Assembly: GCA_046301955.1 (NCBI GenBank)
Contig: JBKCJE010000012.1
Location: forward strand, 590 to 64,589
Length of the DNA: 64,000 nucleotides
Direction of reading: 5' to 3'
Source: Bacteroidota bacterium
Lineage (GTDB): Bacteria; Bacteroidota; Bacteroidia; NS11-12g; UBA955
In this document: one piece after another, positions 8,991 through 18,308 of the stretch
How positions within the stretch are numbered: the first letter of the stretch is position 1
Layout: every line of letters starts with the position of its first letter
Position numbers and translations under genes: made by a program
Notes under the pieces: generated by a model
Databases searched by the model: none
What the model was told of the DNA's origin: nothing
What the model saw: the letters and a program-made list of their open reading frames with translations, nothing else

Positions 8991-11051
8991 TCACTTGGCT
9001 ACAGCCAATTCTTTGAGGCGATTTCGCAAGGCCTCTAACTCGTCGCGCAAACGCGCCGCCTCCATAAATTCCATTTCCTTAGCCGCCCTCAACATGTCTT
9101 TTTCTGTCCGCACGATCATCTTTTCGATACCGCCTTTATCCATGTAAGCCACCACAGGATCCGCTGCCATATTGATGCGCGATTCCGGCATGTTATAATT
9201 CACACCACTGCCCAACTCTACATCGCCGTATTTGGCATCCGCCACCCCGGTCTGTTTGAAAATCTCATCCGTGCTTTTCAACACCGTTTTGGGAGTGATG
9301 CCGTGCTTGGTGTTATAAATCACCTGTTTCTCGCGTCTTCGATCCGTCTCTTCGATCGTCTTGCGCATGCTCTCTGTGATTTTATCTGCATACATGATAA
9401 CCAAACCACGATCGTTTCGCGCAGCCCGTCCAATCGTTTGAACCAACGCCGTTTGACTCCGTAAAAATCCTTCTTTATCGGCATCCATAATCGCCACCAA
9501 ACTCACTTCTGGTAAATCCAGGCCTTCCCGCAGCAAATTCACCCCAATCAACACGTCAATCACACCCATCCGCAAATTCCGCAAAATCTCGACCCGATCC
9601 AGCGTCTTCACCTCGCTGTGTATATAATCGACCTTGACGCCCAAACGCATCAAATACTTGGTCAGCTCCTCCGCCATTCGCTTGGTCAATGTCGTCACCA
9701 AAACCCGATCCTTCATTTTGATCCGATTGTCAATCTCTTCAATCAAATCATCCACCTGATTGGCCAATGGCCTAATCAATATTTGGGGATCCAACAAGCC
9801 TGTGGGCCTAATCAACTGCTCCACCAAAACACCTTCACTCTCCTCTATTTCAAACGGCGCCGGCGTCGCGCTCACATACACTGCCTGATTCACCACTTGG
9901 AAAAACTCCTCAAATTTGAGCGGTCGATTATCCATCGCCGCCGGTAAACGGAACCCAAAATCCACCAAATTCACTTTCCTACTCCTATCACCCCCGTACA
10001 TTGCCCGAATCTGTGGCATAGATACATGGCTTTCATCCACCACCAACAAAAAGTCTTTGGGAAAATAATCAAGTAAACAAAACGGTCTATCGCCCGGACC
10101 CCGACGGTCGAAATACCGCGAGTAATTCTCAATGCCATTGCAATAACCCAACTCCCGGATCATTTCTAAATCGAAATTCACCCTTTCCTCCAATCGCTTC
10201 GCCTCCAAAAACCGACCTGTCTCCCGAAAATACTCCAACTGTAACACCAAATCATCCTGAATCTGGTAGATGATATCCTTCAATCGCTCTCTCGGACTCA
10301 CATACAAATTCGCAGGGTAAATCGCCACATCCTCATGTCCCTCAATCTTCCGTCCACTCACCGGATCAAAGCTAATGATCTCGTCAATTTCATCACCGAA
10401 GAACGACACCCGATAAGCGAAATCGTTGTAGGCCAAATGTACATCCACCGTATCGCCTTTCACCCGAAATGTCCCCCGGTTAAAATCAGCGGTAGTCCTG
10501 CTATACAAACTCTCTACCAATTTGAATAACAAAGTATTGCGGGTGATAATCTGCCCTTTTTTGATGCGAATAATCGTCTCTTCAAAATCGGAGGGATTTC
10601 CCGCACCATAGATGCAACTCACACTGGCAACCACGATGATATCACGCCGACCGCTCAACAAACTCGAAACCGTTTTTAAACGCAACTTTTCGATCTCATC
10701 GTTGATGTTCAGATCCTTTTCAATGTAGGTATTCGTGGTTGGGATGTATGCCTCGGGCTGATAATAATCGTAATAACTCACGAAGTATTCCACCGCATTG
10801 TTCGGAAAAAATTGTTTAAACTCACCGTACAACTGCGAAACCAAGGTCTTGTTGTGACTTAGGACCAGGGTAGGTCGCTGCGTTTGCGCAATCACATTGG
10901 CCATCGTAAATGTCTTTCCAGAACCTGTAACCCCAAGCAAAGTCTGGGCTTTTACGCCGGAATTTAACCCCTCCACCAGTTGTTTGATAGCGTCCGGTTG
11001 ATCCCCGGTGGGCTGAAATGGCGATATGAGCTCAAAGGCAGGCATGAACAA
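8991..11051 (-). CDS. uvrB: Excinuclease ABC subunit B
   Basis: Walker A GVTGSGKT, helicase motifs, C-terminal UVR-like coiled-coil region (ARLRDELEALRNRLKE). Confidence 0.9.
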   Translation of the reverse strand: MFMPAFELISPFQPTGDQPDAIKQLVEGLNSGVKAQTLLGVTGSGKTFTMANVIAQTQRPTLVLSHNKTLVSQLYGEFKQFFPNNAVEYFVSYYDYYQPEAYIPTTNTYIEKDLNINDEIEKLRLKTVSSLLSGRRDIIVVASVSCIYGAGNPSDFEETIIRIKKGQIITRNTLLFKLVESLYSRTTADFNRGTFRVKGDTVDVHLAYNDFAYRVSFFGDEIDEIISFDPVSGRKIEGHEDVAIYPANLYVSPRERLKDIIYQIQDDLVLQLEYFRETGRFLEAKRLEERVNFDLEMIRELGYCNGIENYSRYFDRRGPGDRPFCLLDYFPKDFLLVVDESHVSMPQIRAMYGGDRSRKVNLVDFGFRLPAAMDNRPLKFEEFFQVVNQAVYVSATPAPFEIEESEGVLVEQLIRPTGLLDPQILIRPLANQVDDLIEEIDNRIKMKDRVLVTTLTKRMAEELTKYLMRLGVKVDYIHSEVKTLDRVEILRNLRMGVIDVLIGVNLLREGLDLPEVSLVAIMDADKEGFLRSQTALVQTIGRAARNDRGLVIMYADKITESMRKTIEETDRRREKQVIYNTKHGITPKTVLKSTDEIFKQTGVADAKYGDVELGSGVNYNMPESRINMAADPVVAYMDKGGIEKMIVRTEKDMLRAAKEMEFMEAARLRDELEALRNRLKELAVAK

Positions 11052-11109
11052 GCAAAGTTAGCACAGACACGTCATCAAAAGCCAATGCGGTAATGATATA
11101 GTGCCAATT

Positions 11110-11117
11110 CTATTTTC
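11110..11117 (+). promoter_or_regulatory. TATCTTTG -7-like box upstream of the E1 dehydrogenase gene
   Basis: TAnnTTTG consensus match 17 nt upstream of the ATG, in the uvrB/E1 divergent intergenic region. Confidence 0.3.
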
Positions 11118-11134
11118 CCTATCTTTGCAGCTGC

Positions 11135-13540
11135 ATGCAAGAGGTAGCAAAACAACCCGCAGAAATGAGTAAAGAGGCCTTTGTGCAAGAAGTTCTCAAC
11201 GATTATCGCATCGCTTTTGAAAGTCGCCAAGCCAGTTTGATAGGCCGTAAAGAGGTTCTTACGGGTAAAGCCAAGTTCGGCATCTTTGGCGACGGTAAAG
11301 AAATCGCCCAGATTGCCATGGCCAAAGTATTTCAACACGGCGATTGGCGCAGTGGATATTACCGCGATCAAACATTTATGTTTGCCAAGGGTATCAGTAG
11401 CGTACATGCATTTTTTGCACAGCTGTATGCCATCCCCGATACCGAAAAAGAACCCGCCAGCGGGGGTCGCTCCATGAACGGACACTTCGCCACGCGATTA
11501 CTTGACGATCAAGGCAATTGGCTACCACAAACCGATCGATACAACAGCAGTGCAGATATTTCGCCTACAGCCGGTCAAATGCCCCGCCTATTGGGATTGG
11601 CAGTAGCATCAAAATTGTATCGCCAAAACCCTGATTTGCATGCCTTCTCCGATTTTTCAAACAAAGGCAATGAAATCGCCTTCGGAACCATTGGAAACGC
11701 ATCCTCTTCAGAAGGCATCTTTTGGGAAGTCATGAACGCCGCCTGCGTAATGCAAGTGCCGATGTTGATGAGTCTTTGGGATGATGGATACGGTATCTCC
11801 GTTCCTGCAAAGTACCAAACCGCCAAAGAAAATATCGCGGCCCTGATGCGCGGATTCCAATCCAACGAAGAAGGACAAGGACTAGAACTCCTCACTGCCC
11901 GCGGATGGAACTACCCAGAATTGTGTAAAGTATACAAACAAGCGGCCGATATCTGTCGCGAAAAACATACCCCCGTGTTGGTCCATGTGACCGAAGTAAC
12001 CCAGCCGCAAGGCCATTCTACCTCTGGTAGCCACGAGCGTTACAAGAGCAAAGAACGCCTGGAATGGGAAACGGAATACGATGGCATTGCCCAAATGCGT
12101 CAGTGGATGATTGAGCAAAATATCGCCGATGAAACCACCCTGGCCGCCCTCGAAGAACAAGCCCTTGAATCGGTAAAACAAGCCCAAAAACAGGCTTGGA
12201 TCGATTATTTACAGCCCCTAAAATCAGATGTTTCTGGTTTGATTGCCTTGTTGCAGCAATTGGCCGCCAACGGATTATCTCCCGAACTGGCCAATATCGC
12301 CCAATCGCTCAGCGATGCCAAAGATCCCATCCGCCGCGACATGGGAATCGCCATCCATAAAGCCCTGCGCCTCACCGTAAACGCCAGTGCCGATGCGCGT
12401 AAACCCCTACTCGATTACCTTCATGCATTCAATGCCATTAACGGCGAACGCTACAGCAGCCACGTATACAGTCAGAGCGATGCCTCTGTATTGAATGTGC
12501 CCGAAGTGCCAGCCCAATACACTGATGAAATCGTCGACGGATACCAAGTGGTTAGGGCCTGCTTCGATGCTAACCTCGAGCGCGATCCCCGTGTATTTGC
12601 CTTCGGTGAAGACGTAGGAAAAATTGGAGATGTGAACCAAGGTTTCTCAGGCATGCAGGAGAAATATGGCGAGTTGCGGGTGACCGACAAAGGCATTCGT
12701 GAGTGGAGTATCATTGGTGAAGGCATCGGTGCGGCTATGCGCGGACTGAGACCCATCGCCGAAATCCAATACCTCGATTACCTACTCTACGCCCTTGAGC
12801 CGATGAGCGATGATATCGCCACCATGCAATATCGTACCAAAGGTGGACAGAAAACGCCGATCATCATTCGTACCCGAGGACATCGTTTGGAAGGCATTTG
12901 GCACTCTGGCAGTCCGATGGGCATGATTATCCACGCCGTTCGCGGTATGCACGTGTGTGTTCCCAGAAACATGACCCAAGCAGCCGGTATGTACAACACG
13001 CTGTTGCGCGCCGATGAGCCTGCTTTGGTGGTGGAATGCTTGAATGGCTATCGCATCAAAGAAAAATTGCCCGCCAACATTGGTGAATTTACCGTGCCTT
13101 TTGGTAAACCCGATGTGCTGCGCTACGGTGAAGATATTACACTTGTCACTTACGGATCTTGCTGTAGAATTGCACAAGAAGCCTGTGATTTACTGGCCGA
13201 ACATGGCATCCGTGTAGAATTGATCGATGTACAAACCTTATTGCCCTTCGATATCAACCACAGCATCGTAGAAAGTTTGAAGTCGACCAACCGCATCGTT
13301 TTCCTCGATGAGGATGTTCCAGGTGGTGCAACGTCTTACATGATGCAGCAAGTGCTTGAAGAACAAGGCGGTTACCAATTTCTTGATAGCAAACCTGTGA
13401 CCATTACTGCCAACGAGCACAGACCCGCTTATGGTTCTGATGGCGATTACTTCAGCAAGCCTTCGGTAGATACCGTTTTCAGCACCATTTACCAGGTGAT
13501 GCACGAAAGCAATCCCGCCAAATGGCCCAGTTTGTTGTAA
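11135..13540 (+). CDS. Fused alpha/beta E1 component of a TPP-dependent 2-oxoacid dehydrogenase (branched-chain-like)
   Basis: 801 aa. N-terminal half has E1-alpha features; C-terminal half has the E1-beta transketolase-like pyrimidine-binding and C-terminal domains. Confidence 0.7.
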   Translation: MQEVAKQPAEMSKEAFVQEVLNDYRIAFESRQASLIGRKEVLTGKAKFGIFGDGKEIAQIAMAKVFQHGDWRSGYYRDQTFMFAKGISSVHAFFAQLYAIPDTEKEPASGGRSMNGHFATRLLDDQGNWLPQTDRYNSSADISPTAGQMPRLLGLAVASKLYRQNPDLHAFSDFSNKGNEIAFGTIGNASSSEGIFWEVMNAACVMQVPMLMSLWDDGYGISVPAKYQTAKENIAALMRGFQSNEEGQGLELLTARGWNYPELCKVYKQAADICREKHTPVLVHVTEVTQPQGHSTSGSHERYKSKERLEWETEYDGIAQMRQWMIEQNIADETTLAALEEQALESVKQAQKQAWIDYLQPLKSDVSGLIALLQQLAANGLSPELANIAQSLSDAKDPIRRDMGIAIHKALRLTVNASADARKPLLDYLHAFNAINGERYSSHVYSQSDASVLNVPEVPAQYTDEIVDGYQVVRACFDANLERDPRVFAFGEDVGKIGDVNQGFSGMQEKYGELRVTDKGIREWSIIGEGIGAAMRGLRPIAEIQYLDYLLYALEPMSDDIATMQYRTKGGQKTPIIIRTRGHRLEGIWHSGSPMGMIIHAVRGMHVCVPRNMTQAAGMYNTLLRADEPALVVECLNGYRIKEKLPANIGEFTVPFGKPDVLRYGEDITLVTYGSCCRIAQEACDLLAEHGIRVELIDVQTLLPFDINHSIVESLKSTNRIVFLDEDVPGGATSYMMQQVLEEQGGYQFLDSKPVTITANEHRPAYGSDGDYFSKPSVDTVFSTIYQVMHESNPAKWPSLL

Positions 13541-13625
13541 AATGGTCAATTTTCTTGGTGTAAAGTAGACGCTTATTACCAATGAGCGATTAAGTTCATC
13601 CCATTTTACCGAAATTTGTGGTATC

Positions 13626-16313
13626 GTGAATCAGCCTTCTCCCAATTTGTTTCGTCTTTCCGGACTTGAACCCTTTACCCTAACCCGTGAAACCAATTTC
13701 GTTAATATTGGTGAGCGTACCAATGTAACAGGTAGTCGACAGTTTGCCAAAATGATCCTAGCCGGTGATTATAACAAAGGCTTGGATGTGGCGCGTCAGC
13801 AAGTGGAGAACGGCGCTCAAGTCATCGACGTAAATATGGATGAGGGCATGCTCGATGGCAAAGAGGCCATGGTAACATTCCTCAATTTGATTGCAGCCGA
13901 ACCCGATATTTCTCGCGTTCCTTTGATGGTTGACTCCAGTAAATGGGAAGTCATCGAGGCCGGTTTGAAATGCCTACAGGGCAAAGGCATCGTGAATTCT
14001 ATTTCCCTGAAAGATGGGGAAGCCGCATTCATCCAAAAAGCCAAATTGGTACATCGCTACGGCGCTGCCGTGGTGGTGATGGCGTTCGATGAAACCGGTC
14101 AAGCCGATAGCTTTCAGCGCAAAATCGACGTTTGTAAACGCAGTTACGATGTCTTAAAAAGCATTGGATTTCCCGTCAACGACATCATCTTTGACCCCAA
14201 TATCCTCACGGTAGCCACCGGTATTGATGAGCATAACAATTACGCCGTTGACTTCATCGAAGCCACCCGTTGGATCAAACAAAACCTTCCCGGAGCCAAA
14301 GTTTCAGGCGGTGTGTCTAACATCAGTTTCTCTTTCCGCGGCAACGACCGAGTGAGAGAAGCCATGCACTCTGCCTTCTTGTATCACGCCATCAAAGCGG
14401 GCCTCGATATGGGTATTGTGAATGCCGGTATGGTTGAAGTGTACGATGAAATTCCCAAGGCACTCCTTGAACACGTTGAAGACGTATTGTTGAATCGCAG
14501 AGCAGATGCCACCGAGCGTCTGGTAACTCTGGCCGATCAATTCAAAGGCAAAAAAGAAGAACGCGTTGAAGAAACCCAAGCATGGCGCTTCGGTTCCGTA
14601 GAAGAACGCCTCAGCCATAGCTTAATCAAAGGCATTACCGAGTTCATCGATGCCGATACCGAAGAAGCCTTCCAAAAATATCAAAATGCACTCGGTGTGA
14701 TCGAAGGTCCCTTGATGGATGGCATGAACCATGTGGGCGACCTCTTCGGTGCTGGAAAAATGTTCCTGCCCCAAGTCGTAAAAAGTGCCCGTGTGATGAA
14801 AAAATCCGTGGCCTACTTGCAACCCTACCTCGAAGCACAAAAAGCCCTTAACCCCAACGCCAAACCCCAAGGTAAAATCTTGATGGCCACCGTAAAAGGC
14901 GACGTACACGATATAGGAAAGAACATCGTAGGTGTGGTTTTGGCTTGTAACAATTACGAAATTAAAGACATCGGTGTGATGGTTCCCGCCGATAAAATAC
15001 TCGATGAAGCCCAATCTTGGGGCGCTGATATCATTGGACTCTCCGGTTTGATTACCCCCAGTTTGGATGAAATGGTACATGTGGCCAAGGAAATGACAAG
15101 ACGTGGTATGTCTACCCCGTTGCTCATCGGTGGTGCAACCACTTCACGCATTCACACCGCAGTGAAAATCGCCCCGAATTACGCCCACCCCATCGTTCAC
15201 GTGCTTGATGCATCACGCTCGGTTCCTGTAGCTGGAAGCCTTTTGGGCGATGATACCAAAGAACCCTTCTCTGAAAAAATCAAACAGGAATACTTGACGT
15301 TGGCAGAGAATCATGCGAAACGACAGTCAACCAAAGACCTTATCACCTATGAAGAAGCCATTGCAAACCGCTGGCAACATGATGGTGTGGTAATTGAACC
15401 TAAAACCATTGGCATATACACCGTGGAAATGCCTCTCTCTGAATTGGTAGATACAATCGATTGGACGCCCTTCTTCCAAACCTGGGAGTTGGCCGGACAG
15501 TACCCAGCAATCCTCGAAGATGAAATCGTGGGATCTGAAGCAAAAAAATTGCTGCATGATGCCCAAACCATGTTGAATCAGTTTGTAGCCAATCAATCTC
15601 TCCAAGCCAAAGGCGTTTGGTACATATTGCCCGCCAAAAAATTGGGTGAAGACGTGGCCTTATATGACAACGTAGAAGATGCCTATAAAGATACAGATGG
15701 TAGTCAAGCCACTGAAACCTTTCATTTCTTGAGACAGCAACGGAAAATGGCAGGTGGATTACCCAATTACTCATTGGTAGATTTTATCGCCGATGAGCAA
15801 GTAGATTATTTGGGTGGATTCGCTGTTACCACCGGATTGGGATTAGAGCCCATTGTAGCGGCTTACGAAGCACAACTTGACGATTATCAATCGATCATGG
15901 CCAAAGCCTTGGCCGATCGTTTGGCAGAGAGTTTTGCAGAAAAATTGCATCAAAAAGTAAGAACCGAATTCTGGGGCTACGCCGATGAAAGCACGGTAAG
16001 CAACGAGGATTTAATCCGTGAGAAGTACCAGGGCATCCGGCCTGCGCCCGGCTACCCCGCCTGCCCAGACCACACAGAAAAATCTACGCTGTTTAACCTG
16101 CTCAAAGCCCCCGAAGCAGCCCACATCACACTCACTGAATCCATGGCCATGCTGCCCGCTGCCTCCGTCAGCGGCTGGTACTTCGCCCACCCCCAAAGCA
16201 AATACTTTGGTTTGGGCAAAATCAACAAGGACCAAGTAGTGCAGTACGCCGAAAGAAAAGGCATGGATCTAGAAACCGCAGAACGCTGGTTGAGCCCTGT
16301 ATTGGCTTACTAG
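13626..16313 (+). CDS. metH: Cobalamin-dependent methionine synthase lacking the N-terminal homocysteine-binding domain (pterin-binding + B12-cap/B12-binding + AdoMet-activation domains). GTG start.
   Basis: Begins directly in the pterin-binding domain ([11 protein letters not shown]). B12-binding [22 protein letters not shown] and a C-terminal reactivation domain are present. 895 aa versus about 1230 for full-length MetH. Confidence 0.85.
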   Translation: MNQPSPNLFRLSGLEPFTLTRETNFVNIGERTNVTGSRQFAKMILAGDYNKGLDVARQQVENGAQVIDVNMDEGMLDGKEAMVTFLNLIAAEPDISRVPLMVDSSKWEVIEAGLKCLQGKGIVNSISLKDGEAAFIQKAKLVHRYGAAVVVMAFDETGQADSFQRKIDVCKRSYDVLKSIGFPVNDIIFDPNILTVATGIDEHNNYAVDFIEATRWIKQNLPGAKVSGGVSNISFSFRGNDRVREAMHSAFLYHAIKAGLDMGIVNAGMVEVYDEIPKALLEHVEDVLLNRRADATERLVTLADQFKGKKEERVEETQAWRFGSVEERLSHSLIKGITEFIDADTEEAFQKYQNALGVIEGPLMDGMNHVGDLFGAGKMFLPQVVKSARVMKKSVAYLQPYLEAQKALNPNAKPQGKILMATVKGDVHDIGKNIVGVVLACNNYEIKDIGVMVPADKILDEAQSWGADIIGLSGLITPSLDEMVHVAKEMTRRGMSTPLLIGGATTSRIHTAVKIAPNYAHPIVHVLDASRSVPVAGSLLGDDTKEPFSEKIKQEYLTLAENHAKRQSTKDLITYEEAIANRWQHDGVVIEPKTIGIYTVEMPLSELVDTIDWTPFFQTWELAGQYPAILEDEIVGSEAKKLLHDAQTMLNQFVANQSLQAKGVWYILPAKKLGEDVALYDNVEDAYKDTDGSQATETFHFLRQQRKMAGGLPNYSLVDFIADEQVDYLGGFAVTTGLGLEPIVAAYEAQLDDYQSIMAKALADRLAESFAEKLHQKVRTEFWGYADESTVSNEDLIREKYQGIRPAPGYPACPDHTEKSTLFNLLKAPEAAHITLTESMAMLPAASVSGWYFAHPQSKYFGLGKINKDQVVQYAERKGMDLETAERWLSPVLAY

Positions 16314-16335
16314 TCTTAATTTTAGCTGAAACAAA

Positions 16336-17460
16336 TTACTGCTTGAACGGATTCCCGTAGGCAGGATTCGTTAAAAAGGTGTTGTCGGTCATCGTCAACA
16401 AAAATGCTTTCAAATCCGCCTTCTGCTGCGCCGTTAACTTCAATTGCTTGTTGCCATGGGCCGCCATCATCGGACTGATCGTGGGCGATAAATAGTTCAC
16501 GTTGTCGCTGTAATGGTTGATCACATCATCCAAAGTCGCAAACCGACCGTCGTGCATATACGGGCCTGTCACCTCAATATTTAACAAACTTGGCGTCTTA
16601 AACAATCCCCGATCAGCCGGGTTACCCGTAATCGCTCCAAAACCTTTGTCCGAGAAATTACCATCCAAACCATTGTTTGCAATCCCACCCATGTCGGGAT
16701 TATTCTGCTGAGCCAAAGCACCACCATGACAGTGGAAACAATCAGCCCCAGTGGTTAATCCTGTGACGGCATCGAAGTCTACCAAACCATTATACAACAA
16801 AGCACCGCGTTTTTCAGACTCACTCAATAAACTGAACTTACCTGGGAAGAACCCATTAAAACGACTGTCTTTGCTCACAAGTGTTAGTAGGAACTGCTCC
16901 ATGGCCTTCGACATATCAAACACATTGGGTTTGCTGCCAAAGGCTTTGTCGAAATACTCAATGTAGCGGTCGGTACGAGCCAATCGCTTCGCCAACAAAG
17001 GCAATGTCATCGCCATCTCGTTGTGCGCTTGAATGGGTTCAAAAACCAATTCTCTCAAGGTATTTTGGCGGGCATCCCAAAAAAACTTCCTGCTATACGC
17101 AAGATTAAACAAAGGACTCGCATTCCGGCCAACTTGTAATCCATTTATACCCGTACTGAGTTTCTTTGGCTCCGCAAATCCATTCTCTTGCCTGTGGCAA
17201 CTACCACAAGAAATACTGCTATCAAACGATAAAATGGGATCGTAAAACAACATCCGACCCAATTGAATTCCTTCTGCAGTGAAGGGGTTGTCGGAAGGCA
17301 ATGATGGCATCCCAAAACGTCCACCGGGAAAAATCGTGGTTGGGTCTACCAATGTGGTTTTGTACACCGATGGGTTCTTGTGCAACGGATCATCGGGGTC
17401 CTTTTCACATGAAGAAAAGCCCAACGCCAATAATCCTATGACTACCCATCCGAATTTCAT
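16336..17460 (-). CDS. Di-heme cytochrome c peroxidase / MauG-family lipoprotein (CCP paralog 1). Start chosen at MKFGWVVIGLL.
   Basis: Two CxxCH heme motifs (CGSCHRQ, CFHCHGG), lipobox LGFSSC, MHDGRFATLDDVINHY distal-heme region. Confidence 0.8.
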   Translation of the reverse strand: MKFGWVVIGLLALGFSSCEKDPDDPLHKNPSVYKTTLVDPTTIFPGGRFGMPSLPSDNPFTAEGIQLGRMLFYDPILSFDSSISCGSCHRQENGFAEPKKLSTGINGLQVGRNASPLFNLAYSRKFFWDARQNTLRELVFEPIQAHNEMAMTLPLLAKRLARTDRYIEYFDKAFGSKPNVFDMSKAMEQFLLTLVSKDSRFNGFFPGKFSLLSESEKRGALLYNGLVDFDAVTGLTTGADCFHCHGGALAQQNNPDMGGIANNGLDGNFSDKGFGAITGNPADRGLFKTPSLLNIEVTGPYMHDGRFATLDDVINHYSDNVNYLSPTISPMMAAHGNKQLKLTAQQKADLKAFLLTMTDNTFLTNPAYGNPFKQ

Positions 17461-17470
17461 CTTGTGATCC

Positions 17471-18277
17471 TTAAGGAGCGGGAATCTCAAACGCAGAATA
17501 CGCCGTGAGATTATCCAATATTTTCTGCATAAGGGCTTTTTCCTTCAACCCTTCAGAGTGAGATACAGAATTCTTCTTCATCTCAATACCCTGATAAAAC
17601 TTGTTTACGTGGTAGTTGAATTGAACGGGTGTCGTCATCTTTTCCTTCACCTCAAACGTAGAAGCACCCATTGAAGCACCCACAGGCACTTCAAAGTTTC
17701 GAACCATAGGCATGGTTGCTGTATGAAAGCTCATACCTTTCGTATACTTGTCGGTCATGCTGTCCTTATAGTTTCCATCAATCGCTTGGAAAATATATCC
17801 ACCAGCCCAACCCCAGTGCATACCCGTTAAGTTGCCATTCAAAGGATGCTCAGCGCCCCACTGGTTGGGATCACCATGGTTGATCGCTGAGTCCATTCCC
17901 AACATAAAACGCACCGCTTTGTATTTGCCCGCTGGCACCTCATAATTAAATTTGGTTCTTTGCTTTTTGAAATCAATCCACTGGTAACCATCACCCAACA
18001 TCACTTCTGTGCCGTCCTCTTTTACCAATCGCAATTTTGAAACAATCATCCCAAAATTGAAAAATTGTATGTATTCCTTCTGAGGCGATGGTTGTTCGAA
18101 CCAGCCCGACAAAAACGTGAGAGGTTGTCCATTCCACAACGCTGAAAAATTCAAATCCACCGAAGTCTTTGTCTCAACAACGGGAGGAATCACTGGAGGA
18201 TTTTCCTCACAAGATTGAATCGCCAAGCCCATGACAGACAAGACTATTACCAACAACACTTTACTCCAATTTTTCAT
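17471..18277 (-). CDS. MbnP-like putative copper-binding lipoprotein, partner of the CCP/MbnH-like gene
   Basis: 268 aa, lipobox AIQSC, Trp/His/Met-rich (MHWGWAGGY). Lies immediately upstream of the di-heme CCP with a 10-nt gap, as in MbnP-MbnH pairs. Confidence 0.35.
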   Translation of the reverse strand: MKNWSKVLLVIVLSVMGLAIQSCEENPPVIPPVVETKTSVDLNFSALWNGQPLTFLSGWFEQPSPQKEYIQFFNFGMIVSKLRLVKEDGTEVMLGDGYQWIDFKKQRTKFNYEVPAGKYKAVRFMLGMDSAINHGDPNQWGAEHPLNGNLTGMHWGWAGGYIFQAIDGNYKDSMTDKYTKGMSFHTATMPMVRNFEVPVGASMGASTFEVKEKMTTPVQFNYHVNKFYQGIEMKKNSVSHSEGLKEKALMQKILDNLTAYSAFEIPAP

Positions 18278-18308
18278 GTTCTTTTTAACAAATTAATGGT
18301 TGATAAGT

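Noticed and set aside
13541-13625. Possible riboswitch (SAM or cobalamin) in the metH leader.
   Set aside because: Only 85 nt are available, which is too short for a cobalamin riboswitch. I see no obvious SAM-I/II conserved elements. It cannot be confirmed by eye.
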